Source: Nannocystales bacterium (GTDB lineage Bacteria; Myxococcota_A; Polyangia; Nannocystales; Nannocystaceae). From it: a stretch of 64,000 bases of DNA. The stretch's first letter is position 1. Each line of letters starts with the position of its first letter. A program made the translations under genes and the position numbers. The DNA lies in contig JBOEGF010000018.1 in assembly GCA_050633305.1 (NCBI GenBank), forward strand, positions 64,001 through 128,000, given 5' to 3'. Below the pieces are notes generated by a model. That model worked only from the letters and a program-made list of their open reading frames with translations. It had not been told where the DNA came from and ran no database searches. Shown piece by piece: positions 50,245 through 60,052 of this stretch.

Positions 50245-51993
50245 ATGCGAGTCGAACGAGTGATCTGGAGTGGAGCCCTGCTCTTGCTCGGGGCGTGCCG
50301 GGACGCAGATGAGGCTCCCGAGGCTGACAATGGCGTGGTCACCGGGGCCGACGTCGAGCTTCCTGAACCGGTCGACTGTGAGGCGTTCGAGATCGCGGAC
50401 CGCCTGCGCTGGACCGGAAACGGTGCCGCAAGTCCGGGGTTGCGGTCGGTGGCGGTCCATGGCGCGCGGGGGTTCACGTGCAGTGATGACGGCGGCCTGG
50501 CGACTTGGGAGCTGAGCAGCGAAGCACCGGCCCTGATCGAGGAGTCGGACCAAGCCTGCACCGCGGTCGCGACAGACGGCACCTGGCTCGCGGTCGCCCG
50601 GGCATCGGAAGTCGAATTGCGCACCGTCGACGACACGGCGGTTGTGGGGACATGGGCTACCGCGTCGGTCGTCGAGTCCATGACGCTGCTCGATGGACGT
50701 CTGTGGGTCGCTGCTGGCGTGGGCGGTTGGGCAGAACTCGACGTCGAAGCGGGACTGCAGGAGGTCCGACGATTCTCCGATGAGCAGTCCGACGCGCGGG
50801 CGGTCACCGCGATCGATGGCTTCGCGTACGTCGCAGACGCTCGGGCAGGGTTGCGGGCGTTCGAGCTCGGAGGCGACGATGCGCTCCTACGAGAGACGCT
50901 CGCCATCGACCCGGTCCTCGACGTGGTCGCGCACGACGGTGGACTCGCGGTCGCGACCGTCGAAGGGGTCGCTTGGATCGGGATTTCGAATCCTGCCTCT
51001 CCGGAACTGCTGGGCCAAGCCGAGACGCCAGGGTCCGCGTTGGCGGTCGAAGTCGTTGGGGGACAACTCGTCACGGCTGACTTCAAAGACATCGCGGTCG
51101 TCTCGGGGGAGGACGAGCCCCGCCTGCTCGACGTCGAGCCGCTGATCGGAGACGACCTCCTGGACCGCACCCGCGCGCTGTCCGTCGACCCCGTCACCGG
51201 TCGCCTCTTTGTGGCCCAATGGGACACGCTGCAGGCGTTCGACACCGCGTGCGATGGCGCGTCTCCGTCGTTGTGGCCCGATCGCCGCACCGTCGACTTT
51301 CGCGTGGTCTCTGCGCGCCGGACCCGCAGTCTCGCGGTTTCGCTGCGCAACCAAGGGGACGCGCCGCTAGCGGTCTCCGAGGTCCGAACCTCGATGGTCG
51401 GCGTGACCAACGACTTCGAACCGCTGACGATCGCTCCTGGCAATGTCGTGGCGTTCGAGGTCACGTTCGAGTCCCCCGACACGCAACCCTATGAAGGGGC
51501 GCTGGAGATCGTGAGCAATGATCCGGACCAGCCGGTTTTCGTACTGCCGATGTCTGCGAACATTCGTGGAGTCCGGGTCGGCGAACCTGTCGTTCCGTTT
51601 CGCAACGTCGACACGCTTGGTCGGGTGTGGGAACCCGATGACGCGCTCGACAAGGTTCTGCTGCTCGCCTACTTCGCGGACTGGTGAACGGCCTGCAACC
51701 GGGAGTTTCCCGGTTTCGAGGCCACGCTGTGGCGGGGCTACAAAGACGAGGGGTTGGTGATGCTCGCGCAGAGCGACCAAAGCGTGGAACGCATGGTGAC
51801 CTTTGGGGCGGAGTACGGCTCCACGTTTCCCCTGGTCCGTGACGACACAACGTACGAGATGTATGACGACCCCGGGCCTGGGAACTTTGCACTCGAAGTG
51901 ATCGTCGACCGGGAGGGCATTGTCCGATTTGCGGAGCACGGGTCGAGCACCGAGGCCTTGGAGGCCGTCGTGGTCTCCCTGCTGTCCGAGTAA
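50245..51993 (+). CDS. Multidomain selenoprotein: lipoprotein, LVIVD-like beta-propeller, Ig-like domain, TlpA/AhpC-like redoxin with UxxC
   Basis: In-frame TGA 51685-51687 in KVLLLAYFADW-U-TACNREFP. The frame continues without another stop to TAA 51991-51993 (TFPLVRD, VIVDREGIVRF). Confidence 0.88.
51697..51715 (+). promoter_or_regulatory. Putative bacterial SECIS element
   Basis: AACCGGGA-GTT-TCCCGGTT hairpin starting 9 nt after the UGA; G-containing apical loop about 17 nt downstream. Confidence 0.75.
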
Positions 51994-52085
51994 CGTCGGT
52001 TTACGGGATGCTTACCCGAGCTTCTCCATCGGCTGACCCCCTCCTCGGGTGCCCGGGGCTATTGAAGAGGTGGAGAGAAACACCG

Positions 52086-53030
52086 ATGAAACGAACCGCC
52101 CTGTTCCTTGCAGCCCTCGCCCTCGCGGCCTGCGACAGCGAACCTCAAGACCCATCCGAAGCCCGCCTCGCCGAGCTCGATTCTGAAGACGACCTTGCGG
52201 ACTCGGAGGTCCGCCACGAAGGTCACCACGGCAAGCACGGCAAACGCCACGACCTCGGTGCCGAGGTCTGCGAGGCCGTTGCATGCACCGACGCGCAACT
52301 GGAGCAGGTGAACACCATCTTCGCTCGGCCGGAGCGTGGAGAACGACCCGAGCGACCGGATCTTTCGGAGGCCAATGCGACCCTTGCCGAAGCATTCGCG
52401 GGTGCTGAGTTCGGTACGGCAGACATGCGTGCATGGTCCGAACAATTGCCCGCTCGACCTGACCGCAAGTCCCACCGGGTCGACGCCATGTCCGAGCTAT
52501 ACACGGTCTTGACGTCGGAGCAGCGGACGGTGCTGGCAGAGAAGGTCTCAGCCGGTGAGGTCTTCGCGGGTCGAGGCGAAGGGCACCGCAAGCACGGTGG
52601 GCCTGATGCCGACGAGCGCCAAGACCGTCACGTGACGCACTTCTGCGAGCCGCTGGACTGCAGCGACGCGCAGCAGGCCGAACTCTCGGAGATCTTCGGG
52701 AAGAAGCACGACTCCCGGCCGGACCCACAGACCCGCCTGGATGCGATCGCCGCGGCGTTCAAGGCCGACACGTTCGACGCCGAAGGCCTTCAGGGTTCCT
52801 GTGAACATGATACCGGTGACAAGTCAGAGCTCGTCGTCCAGGTTCATGCCGTTCTGACGCCCGAGCAACGCACGATCTTGTCGGAACGCATCGCAGAGCA
52901 CGGCCCTCGAGGCCTGATGGGCAAGGGGGGAAAACACCATCGCAGGGGGAAGCGCCGCGGCAAAGGCAAGCGCCGAGGTCGACCCGGGGGCCGCGAGGCA
53001 GCACAGGACGGCGGACCCGAGTTCGGTTGA
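52086..53030 (+). CDS. Spy/CpxP-like (LTxxQ) lipoprotein, tandem duplicated domain
   Basis: Lipobox LAAC; two repeats, each C..L/V.C(T/S)DAQ...VLT(S/P)EQR; His/Arg/Gly-rich tails. Confidence 0.8.
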   Translation: MKRTALFLAALALAACDSEPQDPSEARLAELDSEDDLADSEVRHEGHHGKHGKRHDLGAEVCEAVACTDAQLEQVNTIFARPERGERPERPDLSEANATLAEAFAGAEFGTADMRAWSEQLPARPDRKSHRVDAMSELYTVLTSEQRTVLAEKVSAGEVFAGRGEGHRKHGGPDADERQDRHVTHFCEPLDCSDAQQAELSEIFGKKHDSRPDPQTRLDAIAAAFKADTFDAEGLQGSCEHDTGDKSELVVQVHAVLTPEQRTILSERIAEHGPRGLMGKGGKHHRRGKRRGKGKRRGRPGGREAAQDGGPEFG

Positions 53031-53051
53031 TCGGCCCGGCGGGTTCTACGG

Positions 53052-53984
53052 TTGCCAAACCTTCAGAGTTTGGCGACCGTCGTGTCCGTGAGTCTCGCGC
53101 TGGTGATGCTTGGTATGGCCCTCGGCGGGAGCGTCACGTGGTTGTACCTCCGCGAGCAGAAGGAGGGCCTCCTGGGGGAACTGGGGGAGCGGCAGAAGGA
53201 ACTCGACAGCGCGAATGCCGAGCGAACCACCGCAGATCGCAAGCTCGCGCTTCGAGAACGCCAGCTCGCCTTGGCCGCCGCCCAACGAGACGACTACGCC
53301 AAGATCGCCTCGACCCACGAGATCGATGCGCCACGTTGGGGGGCCGGAGAATGGGCTCGCAAGGTGTGGAAGGACCGTCGCTATGGTGGGCACCCGTCTG
53401 AGAACCTCGCCGACCTCCGCCGCGACTTCGTCCCATTCGCGGAAGAACACGTGCTTCTGGCCGTCGGTCTCGAGCTACTGGGAGGCTGGAAATCTCTGCT
53501 TGGTGAAGAGTCCAGCGCGTCGATCACCACGCCGCTCAGCGCCGGGGATACGTTGCTGTTCGAGGGACCTGGGGCGCGGGTGCTCGACCAGCTCTCGACG
53601 TTTCTCCTGGACGACGACACCGGCTTCTACGAGCCCGCAGAGCCGGACAGTGAGGGCGATGCGGGGCGCTGGCGCGATGAGAACTCCCCCATGGTTTGGA
53701 GACTGACGCTCGACGTCTTGCACCCCGAATCGCCCAGCCACCTGCAGTTTGTCGAGGTCCTCAGGGTGCACAAAGAGTTGGAGGAGGTGATCATCGAGCG
53801 TCCCGTGATTCGAGCGGTCCCCGACGACGTGGCGACCTCGCTGGGCCAACATACGAAGGAGGAGATCGTTGCCCTCATCGAGGCGGTGCTCGAAGTTCGG
53901 GAACTCGGACCCGACCGCCGTATTCCAGCGGAGCAAGCGGCTCTTCCCGCTTCGCTCCAGCATCGCGACGGTGGGTCCGCCTAG
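53052..53984 (+). CDS. Hypothetical membrane-anchored coiled-coil protein
   Basis: N-terminal TM, coiled coil, globular C-terminus. Confidence 0.7.
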   Translation: MPNLQSLATVVSVSLALVMLGMALGGSVTWLYLREQKEGLLGELGERQKELDSANAERTTADRKLALRERQLALAAAQRDDYAKIASTHEIDAPRWGAGEWARKVWKDRRYGGHPSENLADLRRDFVPFAEEHVLLAVGLELLGGWKSLLGEESSASITTPLSAGDTLLFEGPGARVLDQLSTFLLDDDTGFYEPAEPDSEGDAGRWRDENSPMVWRLTLDVLHPESPSHLQFVEVLRVHKELEEVIIERPVIRAVPDDVATSLGQHTKEEIVALIEAVLEVRELGPDRRIPAEQAALPASLQHRDGGSA

Positions 53985-54053
53985 ACGGGCTAGGGTGCTC
54001 GCCATCCGCAATCTGGCTGCCGCTTCGCTCACCGCGCGTATACTTCGGCCGGC

Positions 54054-55064
54054 ATGCGTCGACTGAAGATCGCCGGGATCGTTCTGGCCCTGTTCGTAGC
54101 CGTGGGCGCCGGCCTTCTGTGGTGGCTGCTCCGGGCCGACGACATTCCCGTCACCCTCGAGACGGCCGAAGACCCCATGACGCTGAGCATCCCTGGTATC
54201 GGGACCCAGTCCACGCTCGACCGCAGGCTACTGGAGGACAAGACGTCCTTCTTCATCTTCGTCGGAATCCAGAGCTGGACCTCGGACGAGGGCAAGCCCA
54301 TCAACCGAGCGCTCAACCGATGGATGCTCCCTGCCGATGCTCAGGGCTTCATCATCTTCGACGCAGAGGGGCTCGGATTTTTGGCCGAAAAGTCCGAGGA
54401 GTACATGGAGCGCTTCGGCGGTGAAACGCGCTACCCGATGTATGGGGACTTCGAAGGCGCTTTTCGGCAGGTGTTCAAGATGCCACAGGGGCACCATGGT
54501 TTTGTGGTCGTGACACCCGACGGCAAGGTCGCGATGCGCAAGAGCGGGGGCGCCCAGCCTGGTCCCGAACTCGACAAAATCCGGACGCTGCTCAAGGCCG
54601 AGGAGCCTCCGCCGGGTCCTGCCGTGCCGGAGTTCTCGCTTGGCCCGCTCTCGAAGTCGGCCTGCGCGAAGAAGCCTTGCGCGTTGATGTTCTTCGGCGA
54701 TTCTGTCCGGCGTGAGCAAGTTCCCGGCATCGAAGACGGCTTCGAGGGCGAGGATGAGGAGGAGTGGGCCCAGCTCAACAACCCTGGCGTTCGAAACGTG
54801 GTGAGCGCGTCGAAGCTGGCGATCGCAGACGTAGGGATGGGGGTGCTCTCCGGCCAGGTTCCCAAGCTCGAGTATCCGGCAGGTTGGAGCGTCGAAGGGG
54901 ACGATGCTGCCGTGCGCAGGGCGTTCGGCATCGAGCCCGGCACGACCTCGTTCCTCGTCCTGCGTGATGGCGAGGTCGCGTTCCGGGGCGATGGGGTCAT
55001 CCCGATGTACGAGTTGGGCCGCATCTCGGACCTGCTCGGCGTAGAGTTCGACTTCGAGGACTAG
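54054..55064 (+). CDS. Hypothetical membrane-anchored protein (possibly two degenerate thioredoxin-like folds)
   Basis: N-terminal TM; two segments ending in 'F..P....F.V...DG.V'. Fold assignment is tentative. Confidence 0.7.
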   Translation: MRRLKIAGIVLALFVAVGAGLLWWLLRADDIPVTLETAEDPMTLSIPGIGTQSTLDRRLLEDKTSFFIFVGIQSWTSDEGKPINRALNRWMLPADAQGFIIFDAEGLGFLAEKSEEYMERFGGETRYPMYGDFEGAFRQVFKMPQGHHGFVVVTPDGKVAMRKSGGAQPGPELDKIRTLLKAEEPPPGPAVPEFSLGPLSKSACAKKPCALMFFGDSVRREQVPGIEDGFEGEDEEEWAQLNNPGVRNVVSASKLAIADVGMGVLSGQVPKLEYPAGWSVEGDDAAVRRAFGIEPGTTSFLVLRDGEVAFRGDGVIPMYELGRISDLLGVEFDFED

Positions 55065-55152
55065 AGCGCCGACGGGTTTGAATTTCGGCCTGCAACACTC
55101 AAGGAGGGGACGCCGGTACCCGAGGGCCACCCGGATATCGGAGGTCGCTGGG

Positions 55153-55962
55153 TCAGGCGGTGGGCGCCTGGTGCATCACGACCTGATCGAAGGGGATCTC
55201 GATGCCAGCTTCGTTCAGCGCGTTGTAGACCGCGACGCGGGTTCCGCCCGTGACCGCGAGCCAGTCCGCGGACTTGGCCCAGGTGAACACGGTGTAGTTC
55301 ACCGAGCTGGCACCAAAGCTCGTCAGGGCGGCGGCCGCTGCCGGGTCGGGCAGGACGTCCTCAACACTACCTGCGGCCTTGATGAGAATCTCCATGACTT
55401 TGCTGGGCTTGCTGCCATACGCGACGCCGATCTCCACACCTACGCGGCGGGTGCCAAGCACAGTGAGGTTGACGATGCTTCCGCCGGTCGCCTGCGCGTT
55501 GGGGACGATGATCTTCTGGTTGTCGGGGGTGATCATCGTGGTGGCAAACAGGCCGATCTCATCGACCTTTCCGGTGTGCCCGGCGGCCGTGATCACATCA
55601 CCGATGGTGAACGGGCGAAAGATCAGCACCATCACGCCGGAGGCGAAGTTGGCGAGGCTGCCCTGCAACGCGAGGCCGACCGCAAGCGCGGCGGATCCGA
55701 GGATTGCGATCAAGCTGGTTGTCTCGACCCCCACGGCCCCCAGTGCTGCGACAACCGTGGCTGCGAGCACGCCGTACTGGACCAACGACGCCAAGAAGCG
55801 GGACACGGCCTCGTCGAGCTTGCGCTTACGGAACATCGCGAGGCTGAGGCTGTTGCCCCACCTCGCGGCGATCCAACCGACGACGAAGATCAGGATCGCC
55901 TTGCCGGCGCCTACGATCAGAGGGCTGTAGGGGGCGAGTGATTCGGGGAACAGGCTCTCCAT
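55153..55962 (-). CDS. mscS: Small-conductance mechanosensitive channel
   Basis: LAVGLALQGSLANFASGV, RPFTIGD, FGASSVN, GIEIPF. Confidence 0.92.
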   Translation of the reverse strand: MESLFPESLAPYSPLIVGAGKAILIFVVGWIAARWGNSLSLAMFRKRKLDEAVSRFLASLVQYGVLAATVVAALGAVGVETTSLIAILGSAALAVGLALQGSLANFASGVMVLIFRPFTIGDVITAAGHTGKVDEIGLFATTMITPDNQKIIVPNAQATGGSIVNLTVLGTRRVGVEIGVAYGSKPSKVMEILIKAAGSVEDVLPDPAAAAALTSFGASSVNYTVFTWAKSADWLAVTGGTRVAVYNALNEAGIEIPFDQVVMHQAPTA

Positions 55963-56002
55963 GAGCCGGTGTGTAAGTCACGTCGTGAAGACTGTCCACT
56001 GG

Positions 56003-57697
56003 TCACCGGTAGGGACCGCGGTGCCGCATGAAACCGCGACTCATCGTGAGCAGTTCTTCGACCGTCTTCACGAGATCGAGGACGCGGGGGACGGGGGATT
56101 CGAGCTCTGCGTGTGTCGATTCCGCGCTGATCTGTAGCAGACGGACACACTTGGGGAGTTCTGTCTCAAATGGGGCATCGGACCCCGCGTGCCAGACCGT
56201 ACGATGCTTCCGTCCGATCATCTCCGGGGCGAAGACGTCAACGGCGGTGTGGTCGGGTTGTCCGGTGGGCTTGAAGTGGGTGCGGACCTCGACCCGGTGC
56301 CCGTCCCATTCTGCGTTGAGTGCGAAGGAGCCCACATGAAGTTCAGCACCCAGTCGGTGTGCCGCCTCCCTCCAATCGTCGAGTTGATGTTCGAGCGCGA
56401 GCGGCGGTGGAAGCTGCGCGCGGGCGTCCTCGATGGCGAGGGCGATGTGGTGGAGTCGCTCGGCGAACCTCGTCAGCGGCCCCACGTTTCGATCCCCACG
56501 CTTGTCGAACCGCATCCGGGTGTCATCGATGTCCAAGACCCGTAGGTCGTGGAGGTCGTCGCCGAGCGCGGCCTGGAGCGCCTCGAGTTGTCGTCGCTCC
56601 CGGGCCTTGAGCTGGCCGCTCCGCCAACTGAGCCCGAGCCCCAGGTCCACGAAGTGAATCTCTCCGACGACCCACGAACCGGTTCGGCGGGATTCGGGGA
56701 AGAGGCGAACGTCGGTTTTTCCGACGGTTCTTCGGAGGAATCCCTCCGCGAAGTCGAACCCGCTTCGGCGTCCTGCTTCTCGCCAGACGAGCTGTTGTCG
56801 ACGGGACCCGACGGCGGGCGGGAGCGACTCGATCTCCTCTTCACCGGGGCGACGATGCCGGACGTGGACAGGGACCATCATGCTCGGGTCTGTGGTCCAC
56901 GCGATGACGGCCTCGACTTGCAGGCGCCACGAGAGCGCGACGCGGCGGTGTTCGAAGCCCACTGCGAGGTTGGGTGGAAGTCGCAGGTTGAGCGGGACAA
57001 CATCCAAGCTCTCCTCGCCGTCCGGTGCGATCTCCAGGTTCCACTGTGCAACGCGCACGAAGTGTTCAACGGCGCCCAGGAAGCCTGTCACCCGTTCGAC
57101 CGCCCACAGCGTGGTTTGAAGTTGTTCGTAGTTGGACGCGTCAACGCCCGCGAGTGCGACCGATCCTCGGACACGCCCCCCGGGCTCGAGTTCATGCGAA
57201 CTCAGCGACAGCTCGAAGTAGGGCATGCCCGTGTGGGGTCCCTCGAGCGCCGAGACAAACACCTGCCGTTTTGTGCTCGGTGGCCGGGGCGGGTCGATGC
57301 CCCGAACATTGAGAACGAACCGGGCCTTGGCCGCAGGCCACCACGGGATGTCGACGCAGACCCGCGCGGTGTAACCCACCTCGACGTGTCGACCGCGGTA
57401 GCTGTTGGGGACGCCCGGTGGGAACTTGAAGCGAATGTCGAATGTATGCTCGCCCTCGCCGAGTTCCCCGTGGGCAAATGGGCTGGACGTCGCCCGGAAG
57501 AAGACGGACGACTCCCCGTGGCGCCCGTATTGGCTTTGGGTGTACCAAGACTCTTCGCCGACGAACTCGACCACGACCGAGGTCACGGGCAGCGGAGCCG
57601 GGCAACGGAGTACGACGCGCGCGGTGTACTCGCGTCCCGCGTCGATGAGGCGCGGGGCGTACAGGGACACCTCGGGGCGTGTCTTGAGAAGACCCAC
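56003..57697 (-). CDS. Arrestin/SpoOM-like beta-sandwich protein
   Basis: Two arrestin-like modules (FKFPPGVPNSYRG...VDIPWW; LRLPPNL...WRLQVEAVIAW). Confidence 0.65.
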   Translation of the reverse strand: MGLLKTRPEVSLYAPRLIDAGREYTARVVLRCPAPLPVTSVVVEFVGEESWYTQSQYGRHGESSVFFRATSSPFAHGELGEGEHTFDIRFKFPPGVPNSYRGRHVEVGYTARVCVDIPWWPAAKARFVLNVRGIDPPRPPSTKRQVFVSALEGPHTGMPYFELSLSSHELEPGGRVRGSVALAGVDASNYEQLQTTLWAVERVTGFLGAVEHFVRVAQWNLEIAPDGEESLDVVPLNLRLPPNLAVGFEHRRVALSWRLQVEAVIAWTTDPSMMVPVHVRHRRPGEEEIESLPPAVGSRRQQLVWREAGRRSGFDFAEGFLRRTVGKTDVRLFPESRRTGSWVVGEIHFVDLGLGLSWRSGQLKARERRQLEALQAALGDDLHDLRVLDIDDTRMRFDKRGDRNVGPLTRFAERLHHIALAIEDARAQLPPPLALEHQLDDWREAAHRLGAELHVGSFALNAEWDGHRVEVRTHFKPTGQPDHTAVDVFAPEMIGRKHRTVWHAGSDAPFETELPKCVRLLQISAESTHAELESPVPRVLDLVKTVEELLTMSRGFMRHRGPYR

Positions 57698-58077
57698 CAG
57701 GTTCTAGCGTAGCAGCCCGTCGCTTCACGTGGGGCGGGGTCGAGAGGCTTGCCCCTCCGGCGCCGTCACACGGAGAGCGCCCAAGCTCCGACGCCGCCCA
57801 GCATGCCCGCGATCACAACCGCGCTGAGCACTCCTACGGCGCGGAGAAACGTGGTGGCGGACACCGCGGTGCTGCTCTCGCCGGGCGTAGGAGACCGTCG
57901 AGCCCATCGGAGAGCCTGGTCCGGTCGGATCGTCCATACACCGGTTCGAGCCGCTGCGGGTTCGTCTCGTACGGCGGGAAGCTCGCCACTGAGGTCGGTG
58001 AGTGCAAGGGCCACACTGTCTGTATCGGCCGGTTTCCGGACTCCTTGAGGCCGCAATGCACCGAAGGGAACCATCGC

Positions 58078-59163
58078 TCAGCGAAACGTGGCCCTGTACG
58101 CGACGGTCCGCTTCAACGCGCCGGTACCGTCGATGGTTCGCGCGACGAACTTGTACGAGCCTGTGCGCACGGGAATGCTGAAGGTGTACTCGCTGCCTCG
58201 CCGGACGCAGGTGAAGGGGCGGGCGGGGTTCTGCTCGCCGCAGGTCAGTTTGCGGGCCCGACGATCGTACCAGATCAACTCCACCTTCTTGATGCCATCG
58301 GGATCTCGGGCGTCGACCGTGACGGTGTACGTGGAGTTCGCACTTGCGGGTCTGACCTTCACCCGTAGAGAGGGGGCGACGGGACGGGCGGAGGTCGATG
58401 GACGGACCGTCACCGCTTGGGGGGGCGTGGCGGGTTGCGAAGTTCTACGCATCCCCACGAGGGTCGCGAGTGTTCCCCAGGTGTTCTGGGAGCCGTGGCC
58501 GTCGGCGCAGGGGCGATCACCCCATTCTCCGCATCGAGCGTGTTCGTCACGAAATGCCTTGGAGCCGCAACTCTCGTAGCTCATCACGTCGTTGCATTGT
58601 CGGCTGTGGTCCAGTCCCATCGTGTGACCGATTTCGTGCGCGGCGGTGTCGCACAACGCTCGAGTGTTGCGATGCGGAGTTTGGAAGACGAACACAACCG
58701 AGGACCGCAGAACCTTGCCAGTGTAGGGCGCCACGCCGCCGACGGTGTCGGCGAGCCCGAGCATCTTCGGGTCGCCGCCGACCATCACGTTGACGTAGTC
58801 GTTGCCTGCGGGACGCTCATCGACGACGGTGACGTCGAAGGCACGGAAGTGGTTCTCCACGCACTGGGTGAACTGCTCCCACTTGGCGTCACTGCCACGG
58901 TACGCGGGAACATCGGCGACGGAGACGCCGCTGCGGCGCAGGACCCCTGAGCGCGCTTGGGATGGGTCATCGTCTCCTGCGAACACACGACCTCCGTCGC
59001 GGTGGAGGTAGACGGTGACCGGGGTTGGCCCGCCGCGAAGGGTCCGCGGAAGCTCGCGGAGGTCGTCGAGCCCGAAGCCGTTCCTTCTCGCCAGAGCCGC
59101 TGTTGCCGTGCTTGCCACAGCGACCGCAAGAACCGAACTCAGAACTGCACCAACTCGTGTCAC
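58078..59163 (-). CDS. Matrixin-like (metzincin) metalloprotease
   Basis: HEIGHTMGLDH zinc motif, VMSY Met-turn; signal peptide. Confidence 0.88.
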   Translation of the reverse strand: MTRVGAVLSSVLAVAVASTATAALARRNGFGLDDLRELPRTLRGGPTPVTVYLHRDGGRVFAGDDDPSQARSGVLRRSGVSVADVPAYRGSDAKWEQFTQCVENHFRAFDVTVVDERPAGNDYVNVMVGGDPKMLGLADTVGGVAPYTGKVLRSSVVFVFQTPHRNTRALCDTAAHEIGHTMGLDHSRQCNDVMSYESCGSKAFRDEHARCGEWGDRPCADGHGSQNTWGTLATLVGMRRTSQPATPPQAVTVRPSTSARPVAPSLRVKVRPASANSTYTVTVDARDPDGIKKVELIWYDRRARKLTCGEQNPARPFTCVRRGSEYTFSIPVRTGSYKFVARTIDGTGALKRTVAYRATFR

Positions 59164-59339
59164 GTCATTCAGACGCGGCGGGGAGATGGCCGATTCGTGA
59201 GCGCTCTGTGAACGGGGGGATACCCCGGGGCAACTCGCCCCTTGGGCGAGGGCGTTCCCGTGACTCGAGCACATCTCATGACGTCGACGCGGTGGCCCCA
59301 AGACCGGCGAGACGTCGTGACGAGCTGAAGAGGTGTGCT

Positions 59340-60002
59340 CTAGCAGCGGGTCGCTGTGACGCTCAGACCGTTGAGGTCGACGCTGTCGGGTCCCAGTCCG
59401 TCGCCTTCGAACACCAACTCGACCGCGCCGTCATCGATGGACTCGACGATGATGGTGAAGCCGTCGAGGCTACTCCCCGTTCCACCGCAGGACCCGGTGT
59501 CCGGGGCACCTTGTTCGCCGTAGAACGCGTCGACCTCGGAGTCGGTGTACGTCCCGGTCGTTTGTTGCGCGGGGGAGAGGATGACTGTGACGGTCCACGT
59601 GTCGCAGGGGTTGACGGGGTTCGGGTCCGCGCAACTGCCTCCGTTGACACCGAACTTGACCAGCAAGTCGTCGGGGTCGCCGTCGGAACCTGTGGCTACA
59701 TCGGAGCCGATCGATTCTGCGGTATCGGTGTCCTCTCCAGGGAGGTCGCCCCGTCGAATCGCAAACGCGGTCATCTGCGGCTCATCGACGGTGGTGGTGG
59801 AAGAACCCGCAGCGGTCGCGGTCGAGGACCCCGCGGGATCCGGCGACGTCGAGGAACTCACCGCGGGCAGTTCATCACCCGAGGTGTCCGTCGTTGATGT
59901 CGCGCTGGGCCCCACGACGGACTGCTGGAGCTCTCCAACCGGTGTGGGAACCGAGCAGCCACCGAGAACCAGGAACGATAGGAGCAGCGCGAACCGCGAC
60001 AC
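59340..60002 (-). CDS. Hypothetical lipoprotein
   Basis: Lipobox LGGC, Ser/Thr linker. Confidence 0.75.
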   Translation of the reverse strand: MSRFALLLSFLVLGGCSVPTPVGELQQSVVGPSATSTTDTSGDELPAVSSSTSPDPAGSSTATAAGSSTTTVDEPQMTAFAIRRGDLPGEDTDTAESIGSDVATGSDGDPDDLLVKFGVNGGSCADPNPVNPCDTWTVTVILSPAQQTTGTYTDSEVDAFYGEQGAPDTGSCGGTGSSLDGFTIIVESIDDGAVELVFEGDGLGPDSVDLNGLSVTATRC

Positions 60003-60052
60003 CGTCCAAGCATAGATGAGGTTGGGCGCCGGTCAACCTCGAGACGGCGGAC

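Noticed and set aside
25469..51482. Long antisense or alternative-frame ORFs (e.g. 25469-27367, 32812-34641, 47041-49095, 49566-51482)
   Set aside because: Shadow ORFs expected from high-GC codon bias opposite well-supported genes.
57766..58074. Small membrane protein ORF
   Set aside because: Only the C-terminal hydrophobic stretch looks real; start and family are unsupported.
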